Shown here piece by piece: positions 29,661 through 40,002 of a DNA stretch of 64,000 nt. The stretch spans positions 96,001-160,000 of IMG/VR virus record IMGVR_UViG_3300046779_001269, one strand, 5' to 3'. Position 1 is the stretch's first letter, and every line of letters begins with the position of its first letter. Under the pieces are notes generated by a model, which was not told the origin of the DNA, searched no databases, and worked only from the letters and a program-made list of their open reading frames with translations. A program made the translations under genes and the position numbers. This stretch comes from a virus.

Positions 29661-32498
29661 TTACCCCAATATGATAATTCTATCATCTTCTGTTGTTATT
29701 AATATGTTATCTTCTGTCATCAACTGTGGAACATATTGATATCCTGTGGATCCATATAGTATTACCTCAGTTGTGTCGATTGTTCTTCTTACTGAAATTA
29801 GACCGTTGCTTGAGTTTGATGACAAATTGCTGACCAATGTTACTTGATTGTTACTATAATCAACACTCTCAACCAATCTTTGTGTGTTGTTTCCAACCAA
29901 AATCCAATCACCAGTTCTTATAATGTCCTTCAATGGGTAAGAAGTGTTACTATACACACCATTGTTGATGATATTATAAGAGTTTGTCAGAGCTGTTATA
30001 TTTATTATATCCGAATCAACCGAACCATAACCGTATGCCACATTGGCATAAGTCAACCAGATACTATCGTCAATGTAAACTATGTTATTGGTTGAATCAA
30101 CATCTCTAATCTGAGAACGAATGTTTGGTCCACCTGTTGGTCTAATATCAATCCAAATTCTAGGACCAAAAATGTCACCAATATCTGCGCCAGCCAAGTT
30201 ATTAATCTTGATGGCATTGTTACTCTTATTGGTGAAAGTGGTTACAACATTTGCACTTGTGCCATTGTATCCAGTATAGTATTGTAGAGTGTGGCCTTGG
30301 AAGAAACCTTGTGAACCAGTTGTTTCAAACTCAACATTTGATTTTGTTCTATGTTTACCAATGAATTTGAGACCGGCAGGATGCAATAGGTCCAACAACA
30401 CTTGTCTGTATTTTGAAATTTCTTTCTCGACACTGATGATGTATGTGTAGTTGTTAAAGTTCTGTGACTGCAATACATTATAAGAACTTGGTTGACCTGC
30501 TTTGTTGAGGTATGAACCTTGACCAATTACCAGACCATCCAAGAATTCTGATGTTGCCTTTGCAGTACCGTCACCATACACTTTGATACCATCACCTGGG
30601 TTATCATAAACATCCTCATAACCTTCAGGTGTAGAGTTGGTAATAATTAACTGCATCAAAGTATTCGCTGCAGTATATTTTAGTTTGGCACTTCTGTCAG
30701 GTGCGGTGTTGTAGTTGAACACTCTTAGATTGTATAATGCTTCTGCTGGATTGGCATTTGGTTGTATCAAAGAAACTGATTCTACTGATGCGTAATATGT
30801 TGCAGCGTTTACATTTGCACCCTGATATATCACATCTTCTTTTTGTGGCAACAAGGAAATGTTTACATTAGAAACAACAATGTCTTGTATTCTTAATGAT
30901 ACATTGGCATTGGTTACATAATCTTCACCAGGTTCAGTCAAAACAATTTGACTTACAGCACCAACTCGATCCACCACAACAGAGAATGTTGCACCCTCAC
31001 CAAGAATACCTGGTACATAGAGTGATGCATTAGCGGCCGATGGGTTTGTCGATTGTACCGTGATAGTTACACCACTGTTTGAGTTGTAACCCATACCACC
31101 CAAAGGATATAATAGTGGTGACTGTACATATTTTACTTGTTGTATTTCACCATTGGCACCAACTGATGTGATGTTGGCCTTGGCTCCATAACCTGTACCA
31201 CCTTCAATGACAATCGTATCATTGACCGTATACCCTGTGCCTGCATTGGCAATTTGGATTGGTGAAAGTATACCCACATTTCTGAGTTTGCCGTCAATGT
31301 CAGGCACATCTGTGTTGTACTTTGATGTTGGTGTTACGACTGGAATCTTAGAAATACCACCGCCGCCGTTCATAACTGCAACGGAAGATATTGGATATGT
31401 TGAGAACTCTAAGAATGAAAATGCATCGGCCAATATGGTGTTCACGTTCGCATTTGCCACATTCGTGAAGTTATAATCACTTGCATCCAACATTATGTTT
31501 CGTTTCAGACTGATTGTATCGGAAGAAATGAAAGAAACATTGGCTGTTTTTTCTTCATCAGGGTCAATCGCATTGACAATTGCAATTGCACCTGGAGCAT
31601 TCGTGATATCAATTGATGTGAATGGGTCTGTTGGTTCGAAGATGTATGTTTCATCTAGTGTGTAACCAAAACTACCATTCACCACGTTGATACGTTGTAT
31701 TGAACCTCTTGTTGTGGTACCAACTTCAGCAATGGCACCACGGCCGTTTGCTGCGTTCAGACCACCATAAATGATAACTGGATCACCAGGATTATACAAC
31801 AGACCACGGTTATTTGGATTGATGTTGACTTGACTTAACTGACCAACAATTTTTGCTCTTAGTGTTGTGCCATTAATCACAACTGGTTGATTGAAGTTGT
31901 CAACGACTGTTACGAATTCACCTGAGTGAAACAATCTTTGAATGTTTGAAATGAAAACTTCTGTTTTTGTTCCAACTTTAATAGATGCTTCTACTGTTGC
32001 AATCGACCTAGTATCTTCACCTAGTAATCTATAATTACCAATCTGTAAGAAACGGTTATCATCTGTTGCCAGTTTCAAACTTTTTGGAATGTACCACTCA
32101 CCATCAGATGGTTTTAGTACGGCTTCTTTCGTGTAAAAAACATCAAAGTCTGAATCGTATAGTGTTCTGAATAGAAATTGATAAGATGCGGGTGTACCTT
32201 TTGTCTGGTACAATTGTTTGGCAATCTTTAGTGCCTCTTCTTTACTGACCAAAGAATCTTTTGGAAAGTAAGGCATGAATTCATTGATGAAATAATCCAT
32301 GAACTCATCGGTTGTCTTATCAATGTCTTTATAATTTAATAAATTTTTTGTTCGTTCCGTTACTTGGCCAGATTCTTCCAACCATTGGTAGTATGCCTCC
32401 AAAAACAATACGAAATTGGAGTAATCTGGATTGTCACGAACAAATTCTGGTAACTGTGATTTAACCAGTAATGATGTTAGTTGGTTAGAATCTATCAT
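29661..32498 (-). CDS. gp7: Baseplate wedge initiator gp7-like
   Basis: SQLPEFVR...FLEAYYQWLE, LYQTKGTPASYQFLFRTLY, LLHPAGLKFIG; follows gp6. Confidence 0.75.
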   Translation of the reverse strand: MIDSNQLTSLLVKSQLPEFVRDNPDYSNFVLFLEAYYQWLEESGQVTERTKNLLNYKDIDKTTDEFMDYFINEFMPYFPKDSLVSKEEALKIAKQLYQTKGTPASYQFLFRTLYDSDFDVFYTKEAVLKPSDGEWYIPKSLKLATDDNRFLQIGNYRLLGEDTRSIATVEASIKVGTKTEVFISNIQRLFHSGEFVTVVDNFNQPVVINGTTLRAKIVGQLSQVNINPNNRGLLYNPGDPVIIYGGLNAANGRGAIAEVGTTTRGSIQRINVVNGSFGYTLDETYIFEPTDPFTSIDITNAPGAIAIVNAIDPDEEKTANVSFISSDTISLKRNIMLDASDYNFTNVANANVNTILADAFSFLEFSTYPISSVAVMNGGGGISKIPVVTPTSKYNTDVPDIDGKLRNVGILSPIQIANAGTGYTVNDTIVIEGGTGYGAKANITSVGANGEIQQVKYVQSPLLYPLGGMGYNSNSGVTITVQSTNPSAANASLYVPGILGEGATFSVVVDRVGAVSQIVLTEPGEDYVTNANVSLRIQDIVVSNVNISLLPQKEDVIYQGANVNAATYYASVESVSLIQPNANPAEALYNLRVFNYNTAPDRSAKLKYTAANTLMQLIITNSTPEGYEDVYDNPGDGIKVYGDGTAKATSEFLDGLVIGQGSYLNKAGQPSSYNVLQSQNFNNYTYIISVEKEISKYRQVLLDLLHPAGLKFIGKHRTKSNVEFETTGSQGFFQGHTLQYYTGYNGTSANVVTTFTNKSNNAIKINNLAGADIGDIFGPRIWIDIRPTGGPNIRSQIRDVDSTNNIVYIDDSIWLTYANVAYGYGSVDSDIINITALTNSYNIINNGVYSNTSYPLKDIIRTGDWILVGNNTQRLVESVDYSNNQVTLVSNLSSNSSNGLISVRRTIDTTEVILYGSTGYQYVPQLMTEDNILITTEDDRIIILG

Positions 32499-34585
32499 TT
32501 GCTTAACGGAGTTACATTAACAGTAATTGAATTTGGATCGAAAGGATCAATAGTTAAAATCTTATTGTATGTTGATGATATCAATGTTGTGGATGGTTTA
32601 ACTGTAACTGTTAGTTGTCCCAAAGGATCATTAACATCCGTTGGATTAAAGTCAGTCAATGTTATCACACCAGTTTCATAGTCGATTGTACCAACATTAT
32701 TATTTAATATAATCTTAACTGAACTACTTGCATCGTTGTAGTATGTTCTTAGTGTTCCGTAACGACCTTGTAGAATGGGTACTGCACTGGCCAATTGACC
32801 AGACGTATCGTTACTGTTGTTTACAATCTTTACATATGCAGTGGTATAACCAGAACCAGTTGCAGTCACATTGATTTGTTTGATGGTGTTATCTACATCC
32901 AAAACTGCAACAGCTTCTGCACCAGTACCATCACCAATGATTTGTACTGTTGGTGTCAGTGTGTAATTGAAACCTGGATTAATCAATGAAATAGATTCAA
33001 CACCACCAGTATTTGTTGGTACTTCTTCTAAGTAAACACCATCAATATAGTTTGCAATATTGGATGGATTTTGGAACTTCATTGAAGGTGAACTGTTAAT
33101 ACCAGTCAAGAAAACACCTCTCTCCAACGCAACCTTATAGTCCAACTTATATGTTTGTGACAGACTAAAGTTTGGTTTGAATTTCTTTTGTAACTGAATA
33201 CTAATTTCATTTGTCACAATAGAATTGTTTGTTGCCTGAATTGCAGCAATCAAATCAGAATTCTTAAATGTTGAATTGAAAGTATTTAATGTAGTATTGG
33301 AGAAATTATTGATTGTGTTAGAAATGTTTTGTCTAATTTGTTCCGCAGACAATGTTGTCTTGGATGGATCATAGATGGCATTAACTTTTAACTTAATGTA
33401 TGTGTAATCTGGATCAACAATTGTTGGTGTCACAGTCAATACTGAAATTGGTTTGATAACTTCCCTGATGATTCTTTGTTTCTGTGTGTCAGTCAACACA
33501 TAAGAACCAGATGGTTTCAAAGCGATAAAGACCTGACCAAATGCAGGTGTTTCGTTCTCTTGTCCACCCCAAACCGATACGGCATCAAAGGGTATACCCA
33601 ACTTATTCTGTTGTATTATGGTAATATAATCATCTTTGGTGACTGCACGGTTCTGTGCCGCAAAGGCCTTTGGTGCTTGATACTTGATAGAATCTATTGT
33701 TTCTTTGTCTCCACCAGCTGTGGCTTCTGATAAGTTTGTTATTGTTGCTGACGAGAAACCACCAACACTATCCATTAAAACAAAACTGTTTGCACCGGCA
33801 GCTGCGGTGCCATTTGTCACAAGGTAATTTACAATAACGATGTTGCCGTCAGACAATTTTTTGCCTAAAATGCCATCACCAAAATAGATTTCATAGTTGC
33901 CTGTAAGACCTTCTTGTATAAAGAATACTTGTGAGGTGCCATCCAACAATAGTTTATTTGAAGATTCTGTGTAAACTTCTGTGTAATTATTTGAGAATGA
34001 TTTTTGTACTGTAACTTTTAATGTTGACGTATCAATATTGGTATCAGGCAAGGTAAACATGTGTTTAGGATTGTCTGATGTATTAATTGTAAAGGTATAG
34101 TTGACAGGATTACCTTGCTTCAACTCCAAATTATTGAATGTTGCTGTTTCAGCAATCAAATCTGTTTCAACAGTTTTAGAATCAACAGTAACGAATTTGT
34201 AATTGATGCCGTCAATAGATTCTGATAAGAAGGTTGTGTATGCAGGAAGAGTTAATGAACTGTTCGTTACATTGTTCATTCTCAAATTGATGGTGGCCGA
34301 AGGTGCAATTGCAGATTTTGGTGTATAATTTAACAATTTTGCATGTGATACAACAGAACTTCTTTGTTGTGCTGTGTCCAAAAACATTTCATTTGCAACT
34401 TGGTTTAGATAGTATGCATTATATTGTGTGTTGTATGCCAAAACATCCAATAAAGTGGACAAGGCAGAACCCTCATAGTTATAATCTCTTAGTGTGTCTT
34501 GGGACTGTAAATAAGTTTTTAGTCCTTGCTTGATTTGATTAAAATCAAGTTCTGTCATTTGAATATTAGAATTAGCACCGGCCAT
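32495..34585 (-). CDS. gp6: Baseplate wedge subunit gp6
   Basis: LDFNQIK...DYNYEGSALSTLLDVLAYNT, YEIYFGDGILGK, AQNRAVTKDDY. Confidence 0.93.
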   Translation of the reverse strand: MAGANSNIQMTELDFNQIKQGLKTYLQSQDTLRDYNYEGSALSTLLDVLAYNTQYNAYYLNQVANEMFLDTAQQRSSVVSHAKLLNYTPKSAIAPSATINLRMNNVTNSSLTLPAYTTFLSESIDGINYKFVTVDSKTVETDLIAETATFNNLELKQGNPVNYTFTINTSDNPKHMFTLPDTNIDTSTLKVTVQKSFSNNYTEVYTESSNKLLLDGTSQVFFIQEGLTGNYEIYFGDGILGKKLSDGNIVIVNYLVTNGTAAAGANSFVLMDSVGGFSSATITNLSEATAGGDKETIDSIKYQAPKAFAAQNRAVTKDDYITIIQQNKLGIPFDAVSVWGGQENETPAFGQVFIALKPSGSYVLTDTQKQRIIREVIKPISVLTVTPTIVDPDYTYIKLKVNAIYDPSKTTLSAEQIRQNISNTINNFSNTTLNTFNSTFKNSDLIAAIQATNNSIVTNEISIQLQKKFKPNFSLSQTYKLDYKVALERGVFLTGINSSPSMKFQNPSNIANYIDGVYLEEVPTNTGGVESISLINPGFNYTLTPTVQIIGDGTGAEAVAVLDVDNTIKQINVTATGSGYTTAYVKIVNNSNDTSGQLASAVPILQGRYGTLRTYYNDASSSVKIILNNNVGTIDYETGVITLTDFNPTDVNDPLGQLTVTVKPSTTLISSTYNKILTIDPFDPNSITVNVTPLSK

Positions 34586-34586
34586 T

Positions 34587-34979
34587 TTATCTATTTCTCT
34601 CTAAAAGGAGTGTTACTGTTGTTGGTGTTGTCGCATTTTCTATAAAAAATGTCAATGTAACACCGTAAGCATTTTTGTCTGGTTGTGGTGTGACATTTAT
34701 TTCCTGCATCAAAGCACGAGGTTCATAATTACTAATCATAGTTAGTATTTCATTCTCAATTGCCGAAGCTGTGAGTGGAGAAATCAATTCAAACAACATT
34801 AGATCCATTTTTGAACCCAAATCTGGGTTGAATGGTCTCTCATAATTTTTTGTCAATAATAAGTTACGAATCGAACGAATGACTGCCTGATTGTCGTAAC
34901 TGAGCGCAACATCAGCCGTCACAGGTTTTTTTGTGAAGGTGAAATCTATGTCTGAGTATATCTTGTTTAATGTTGCCAT
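34587..34979 (-). CDS. gp25: Baseplate wedge subunit gp25
   Basis: YSDIDFTF...AVIRSIRNLLLT...ERPFNPDLGS...NYEPR. Confidence 0.92.
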   Translation of the reverse strand: MATLNKIYSDIDFTFTKKPVTADVALSYDNQAVIRSIRNLLLTKNYERPFNPDLGSKMDLMLFELISPLTASAIENEILTMISNYEPRALMQEINVTPQPDKNAYGVTLTFFIENATTPTTVTLLLERNR

Positions 34980-34983
34980 CTTT

Positions 34984-34989
34984 TATTTA
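34984..34989 (-). promoter_or_regulatory. Late promoter core TAAATA 4 nt before the gp25 ATG
   Basis: GATAAATAAAAGATG on the minus strand; same spacing at gp8 (27768-27773) and gp2. Confidence 0.55.
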
Positions 34990-35077
34990 TCTTGCTGTAG
35001 GAGTAAATTCGCTTTTTGGAATCTGAGATGTGTCAGGAAAAATTCTTGGGCCGGAACGCAGGAATTCGAATTTTCGG

Positions 35078-35971
35078 TTATTCAGGTAAACCAGTCTTAG
35101 CACCACCAGACTGAACACCAGAATGTTTGTGTTTGCTCAAACTGATACCTGCACCAATAACATCACCTGTGGCAGTAACTTTTCCCGTTACATTTACATC
35201 ACCGATTAGATTAATATCAGTCGATTTTGCGGTAATTGTACCACCACTTAATATATTAACATCACCATCTACCGTAATATTGCAAACTCCTTTAATGTGT
35301 ACATTATTGTCCGAAAGGTAAATTTCATAGTTTTTACCAGAAACTTTGGTAACCTTACTACCGTCTGGTGCAATCTCAAAGAATGTGTTGGCTTTGTGTG
35401 CCAGATGCACCCTTTCTGCACCAGGAGTGTCATCCATCTCAAATATATGACCAGATTCAGTCTCTGTCACCCTATTATAAGGAGGTTTTGCGTCATATTT
35501 TGATGCCGGTTCACTCCAACTACCACCAGATGCAGTTTCAACACCAGTGTCTAAGATAGAATTGTGTATTCCGATTGCTGTCTGAGACAATTTCTCATTT
35601 CTATATAAACGACTGGTTGTTGGCTCACCCTTTGGATAGTGTGAACCACTGGGAAATGCAGTGAGTTCTTCACTATTTTCTTGTGGTATTCCAGGTAATA
35701 CACCTAACATAACAGGAAAGTTACCAGACATACCATCGTTGAAGAATCCGAACACATAATCACCAATAATAGGTGTTGCAGTTGTCATTGTTGCATTTGG
35801 TGAGTTGCATGGTAGTGCCCATGGCAGCTTACTTGTCGGTAACAAACTCAGATTATCTGTGTGCCAACCAAAAATTCTAACTCTACAACGACCCAAATTC
35901 AATGGATCTTCTCTATCTTCAACGACACCCATCCACCAAATAAATCCGTTTTTACCCAAAAAATTTGACAT
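35078..35971 (-). CDS. gp5: Baseplate central spike gp5 (OB-fold + beta-helix, no lysozyme domain)
   Basis: WWMGVVEDREDPLNLGRCRVRIFGWH, ETESGHIFEMDDTPGAER; C-terminal KHKH apex. Confidence 0.9.
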   Translation of the reverse strand: MSNFLGKNGFIWWMGVVEDREDPLNLGRCRVRIFGWHTDNLSLLPTSKLPWALPCNSPNATMTTATPIIGDYVFGFFNDGMSGNFPVMLGVLPGIPQENSEELTAFPSGSHYPKGEPTTSRLYRNEKLSQTAIGIHNSILDTGVETASGGSWSEPASKYDAKPPYNRVTETESGHIFEMDDTPGAERVHLAHKANTFFEIAPDGSKVTKVSGKNYEIYLSDNNVHIKGVCNITVDGDVNILSGGTITAKSTDINLIGDVNVTGKVTATGDVIGAGISLSKHKHSGVQSGGAKTGLPE

Positions 35972-37380
35972 TATTCACTCACCTTTGATGAAAGATACTT
36001 TCCTATAGAACTTTCTTTTGAAATTTCTAGGACAGTTTGATATGAATCGTGTTGTACCATGTGTCTTGCAGCAGTAATCAAGTATTTACCAGAATAGTAC
36101 TGGTCCTCAAGAACTTGATTTTTATCTGCGGCTTGTTGCAATGATGGTAATGAAACATGAATGGTTTTACCAACAGTCAGAGCCGGATCACCAGGAACAA
36201 CGATTTTCAATACAGTGTAGTTTGCTAAATTTAATTGTGCAATCCTATTTGTTCCTATGATTTCCGAAAAAATATCTTTGACTGCTGCCACTTTTTCTTT
36301 GATATATTCAATATTTTCGTGGTCGGCATTGGATATTGCCAGACCCAATTTAGCCAAAGGTGAATCAAATAATGATTGTCCCAATCTATTGAATGCTTCA
36401 GAGATTGTTTCCTCTTTGTTCATTGTGTTAGTTTGGTCAGAATATTTTGAGTAATTGAAGTCTGTGACTTTGTGTGACCTTGTTAATGGATCCACAGTAA
36501 TCAAACGATTTGCATATGTGCCTGAACTTATGTCATTCAGTATATCAAAAGGTTTTATCATTTCATAGGATAAAATTGATTCCCACTTATCAGAAAATTC
36601 TTCCGATTTGTCATCTTTCTTTATGTTCTTTGCTTGGTATTTGTATGTCGAATAGGGTTGTTGTTTATACATCGACTGTAATGACCTGAAATTGAATCCG
36701 TCATTATTTTCAAAAAACAACATATCAGCACCGACACCATCTTTTGGTTTTGCGTAGTTACACAAAAAACTGATGGCCTCAAAGGGTTTCATGTAAGACA
36801 ATGGAAACTCATAGACACCTGAGGTTTCTTCTATATTCCAATTCTTTTTGGCTCTATTACTTTTCAATCCTTGTATTTCGTCAAACAGAATTAGGGAGAC
36901 CATGTCTGATATTTTCTTGGGGCCGCCAAAGTCCTTACTAATTTTGTTTTGTTCCGATAATATTAGTTCCTCAGAGCAAAAATGCAATGTGTAATATTCG
37001 GAGGTCATGTTTCCTGATGGATGACGAGGATCTATTTTATACACCCTTAGAGTTCTGTGTATGTCATTAATATCATCTTCAAATTTACTTAACTGAATTT
37101 CTATTGTTTCTTGACCATTAATTTTCAACAATTCAATGTAACCAGCTGCGTCACGGACAGTCAAGTAACCTGATATTGAAAAACTGAATATATCTTCAAA
37201 AAAAGAAAAGTCTACCAAAAGTGTTTTGATATCTAATTCACCAACACTGGTTTTTAATTTTAATTTTTTAAAGTTATAGTCTTGTGGACCAATAGGATCA
37301 TTTATCCTATTTCCAACAATTTCAATTTCAAATGGTTTACTGTCGTTAACAGAACTGGGATTAATATTATTTGTTGCCAT
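35971..37380 (-). CDS. Baseplate hub protein (gp27-like)
   Basis: FEDIFSFSISG, FFENNDGFNFRSL, VPGDPALTVG, YSGKYLITAARH; lies between gp53 and gp5. Confidence 0.65.
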   Translation of the reverse strand: MATNNINPSSVNDSKPFEIEIVGNRINDPIGPQDYNFKKLKLKTSVGELDIKTLLVDFSFFEDIFSFSISGYLTVRDAAGYIELLKINGQETIEIQLSKFEDDINDIHRTLRVYKIDPRHPSGNMTSEYYTLHFCSEELILSEQNKISKDFGGPKKISDMVSLILFDEIQGLKSNRAKKNWNIEETSGVYEFPLSYMKPFEAISFLCNYAKPKDGVGADMLFFENNDGFNFRSLQSMYKQQPYSTYKYQAKNIKKDDKSEEFSDKWESILSYEMIKPFDILNDISSGTYANRLITVDPLTRSHKVTDFNYSKYSDQTNTMNKEETISEAFNRLGQSLFDSPLAKLGLAISNADHENIEYIKEKVAAVKDIFSEIIGTNRIAQLNLANYTVLKIVVPGDPALTVGKTIHVSLPSLQQAADKNQVLEDQYYSGKYLITAARHMVQHDSYQTVLEISKESSIGKYLSSKVSE

Positions 37381-37979
37381 CAGTTACTCATCAACGATTT
37401 TAACTCAGACTCAACTTGTCTAACATACTTTTCATTTAATAGTTTTATAGTTCTTTTCGATTCATTCAATTCATATTCGTATGTGTATAAGTTGACAGTT
37501 CTTTTTTCTGTTGTTACTACAACATCACCTTGACTGAAATTTAGTGTTCTTTCTGACGGAATCAAATTATTGTAAGCAGTTTCGGTCAAATAAGTTCTTA
37601 TTGTGTTGGTTGAAAATTCTTTCTTATTGAAAAATGTTTCAATTTTTTCGTAGTGGTGGAGTGATGTGTAGATGTTTCTGTTTGGGTATTTACCTTCAAC
37701 ATATGAATCAAATATTCTTGATTCTACTGGCCAATCCCATTGTGGATCAACTATCTTGTTGGCCAATAACACTATCCAGTAACGATAAGAATCACCATAA
37801 TATTTGTGTGCAATGATTTCTGGTGTGTCACCTTCCTGTATGTCATATTGATAATATGTCATAGGATCCAACAAAACATTGGGTATAAGACTTGCTCTTG
37901 CCAACAAATTTGTGGCAATCGTGGAAACATTATTCTTATCTTTACTTACTATTTTGGGAAGAACATTAAAGTATTTCAT
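37380..37979 (-). CDS. gp53: Baseplate wedge protein gp53 (LysM-like)
   Basis: YDIQEGDTPEIIAHKYYGD...WIVLLAN...DPQWDWP, YEYELNESKR. Confidence 0.9.
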   Translation of the reverse strand: MKYFNVLPKIVSKDKNNVSTIATNLLARASLIPNVLLDPMTYYQYDIQEGDTPEIIAHKYYGDSYRYWIVLLANKIVDPQWDWPVESRIFDSYVEGKYPNRNIYTSLHHYEKIETFFNKKEFSTNTIRTYLTETAYNNLIPSERTLNFSQGDVVVTTEKRTVNLYTYEYELNESKRTIKLLNEKYVRQVESELKSLMSN

Positions 37980-38923
37980 TAGTATCCTTTGTTGACCATG
38001 TTTCTATCAACAATTGTTGTTTCTCTTAGATTCAATAATAGTGATGTTTGCACTGGACTACCATCAGTATGAGCTGCCCAACCGTTTGGTGCATAATTTA
38101 TATCAATACCTTCAATAAAACATTCAGCAATCTTACCTATATGTGTATTTTCTTTACCATTGAACAAAAATTTAACTTTCAAAACTGATGGTGGTGTAAA
38201 GAACATACCAGCCGTGCCTTCAACTAACTTTGGTCTAGAGTGTTCTTTCAACAATTGAATTATCTGTTCTACATCCTTAGATTCTTGTTGCGAATAAGGT
38301 GTAAATGTGAAAGCAAAAGAGAAGTTTCTCAAATCAATGCCGTTGAATAACAACTGTTGTTGTGGGTTCACTGCGTATCCTAATGCACGAGTTGCCAATG
38401 TTGGTAGTCCTGTAGAAGCTAATGAAGAAACGGCACCCATCAATTTACTACCAAATTTTGCCAAAGCACCTGATTTTTTGCCTGCTGTTGGAATTGTACC
38501 CATCAATTTTTGTGCCACATCGGTGACAGAAACACTATCAAAACTTGCATTGTATGTAAAGTTAACTGTATCTGGTATATACAAATGAATTGTGGCAACA
38601 GTCTTGGTTTTTCTTGGTGTTATGTTTAATCCGTTTTTATTTGCTTCAATGGCTTTGTTGAACCCTTCTTTGAGTTTTTCCATAGATGCATCTCCAACTG
38701 TTTTCGCAACATCACGAACAGTTTGGGTTGAAATTTCGATTGGTTGTATTTCTTCAATAGTAAATTCAATCACATGACCTTTTCCTGAAGATTCCAAGTC
38801 TCTTGGATATTTCAGAAATGTGTGATTGTATTTCGACTGGTAGAGTTTACTTAGTGGTCCGTTGATGACTTTACCCGGAATAGAAATACCGGCAACGGAA
38901 GTTGGTATTGAAATAATGGCCAT
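37979..38923 (-). CDS. gp48: Baseplate tail-tube cap gp48
   Basis: LKYP, IHLYIPD, NPQQQLLFNGIDLRNFSFAFTFTP, INYAPNG. Confidence 0.85.
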   Translation of the reverse strand: MAIISIPTSVAGISIPGKVINGPLSKLYQSKYNHTFLKYPRDLESSGKGHVIEFTIEEIQPIEISTQTVRDVAKTVGDASMEKLKEGFNKAIEANKNGLNITPRKTKTVATIHLYIPDTVNFTYNASFDSVSVTDVAQKLMGTIPTAGKKSGALAKFGSKLMGAVSSLASTGLPTLATRALGYAVNPQQQLLFNGIDLRNFSFAFTFTPYSQQESKDVEQIIQLLKEHSRPKLVEGTAGMFFTPPSVLKVKFLFNGKENTHIGKIAECFIEGIDINYAPNGWAAHTDGSPVQTSLLLNLRETTIVDRNMVNKGY

Positions 38924-38958
38924 TATTTTCTTTGTAAAAATTGTTATACATACTATTT

Positions 38959-39390
38959 ATGGCATATTCAGGAACATTCAAACCTAGGAATCCATCAAAG
39001 TACATTGGAGACCACACAAATATCATCTATCGCTCATCATGGGAATGTAGAGTGATGGACTGGCTCGACCGCAATCCAAACATCATATCGTGGGCATCTG
39101 AAGAACTTGTCGTGCCTTACAAGTCACCTGTCGATGGTCGTTTTCATCGTTATTTCCCAGATTTTGTTGTTAAAGTCAAGACTAGAATGGGAACCAAGAC
39201 GATGATGTTGGAAGTCAAACCAAAAAAACAGACAAGAGAACCTGAAAAGAAGAAACGAATCACCAAACAGTACATACAAGAAGTGACTACATGGGGTGTC
39301 AATCAAGCCAAATGGAAAGCGGCTAATGAATATTGCTTGGACCGTGGTTGGGAATTCAAAATACTGACGGAAGACGACCTAGGTCTCTAA
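38959..39390 (+). CDS. gp4: Head completion nuclease gp4
   Basis: MAYSGTFKPRNPSKYIGD...YRSSWE...WASEE...YFPDF...EVKP...NQAKW; start reassigned to ATG 38959. Confidence 0.92.
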   Translation: MAYSGTFKPRNPSKYIGDHTNIIYRSSWECRVMDWLDRNPNIISWASEELVVPYKSPVDGRFHRYFPDFVVKVKTRMGTKTMMLEVKPKKQTREPEKKKRITKQYIQEVTTWGVNQAKWKAANEYCLDRGWEFKILTEDDLGL

Positions 39391-39402
39391 ACTAAATAGT
39401 AG

Positions 39403-40002
39403 ATGCAATCAATTCTAAAATCCTTAGCTGAAGAAAAAACAGCAGCCCAACTACAATTTTTGAGCCGTGCTTCAATGAACTGGCTCACGGATCGTATTAA
39501 TGAATTGAGAAATCCCAGAGCCATACCACGACAAATCAGCCGTGACAACAATCGTTTTGTCACCAGATTTTTACTTGGCGGACTATATTTCTTCTATTAT
39601 GATCCAAAAACTAAGGCGGATTTACCATATTATGACAGATTCCCTTTAGTTTTGATGTTGGAAAGATATCCAGATGGATTTTTGGGATTGAACCTACATT
39701 ACCTACCGATTAAACAACGTGCGGCATTATTGAAAAAATTGGTAGATTATGGTGGTGTCTACACCGATAATAACGAAATACAGCGTGTTCGTATCACCTA
39801 TGACATCCTAAACACGGCCAGACGATTCAAAGAGTTCAGACCATGTCTAAAGAAGTACCTGTATACAAACCTAGATTCCAGGATACTTGCCGTACAACCA
39901 AACGAATGGGAAGTGGCAACTTACCTACCCATACAACAATTCAGAGGTGCTCAACCAAAACAGGTTTGGCAAGATTCATTACAAGAAATAAGGAAGTCAT
40001 AA
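39403..40002 (+). CDS. gp2: DNA end protector gp2
   Basis: FYYDPKTKADLPYYDRFPLV...GFLGLNLHYLP...PCLKKYL. Confidence 0.92.
   Translation: MQSILKSLAEEKTAAQLQFLSRASMNWLTDRINELRNPRAIPRQISRDNNRFVTRFLLGGLYFFYYDPKTKADLPYYDRFPLVLMLERYPDGFLGLNLHYLPIKQRAALLKKLVDYGGVYTDNNEIQRVRITYDILNTARRFKEFRPCLKKYLYTNLDSRILAVQPNEWEVATYLPIQQFRGAQPKQVWQDSLQEIRKS

Noticed and set aside
38959-39390. Homing endonuclease or TnsA-like mobile element
   Set aside because: Sequence and position match the core head-completion protein gp4
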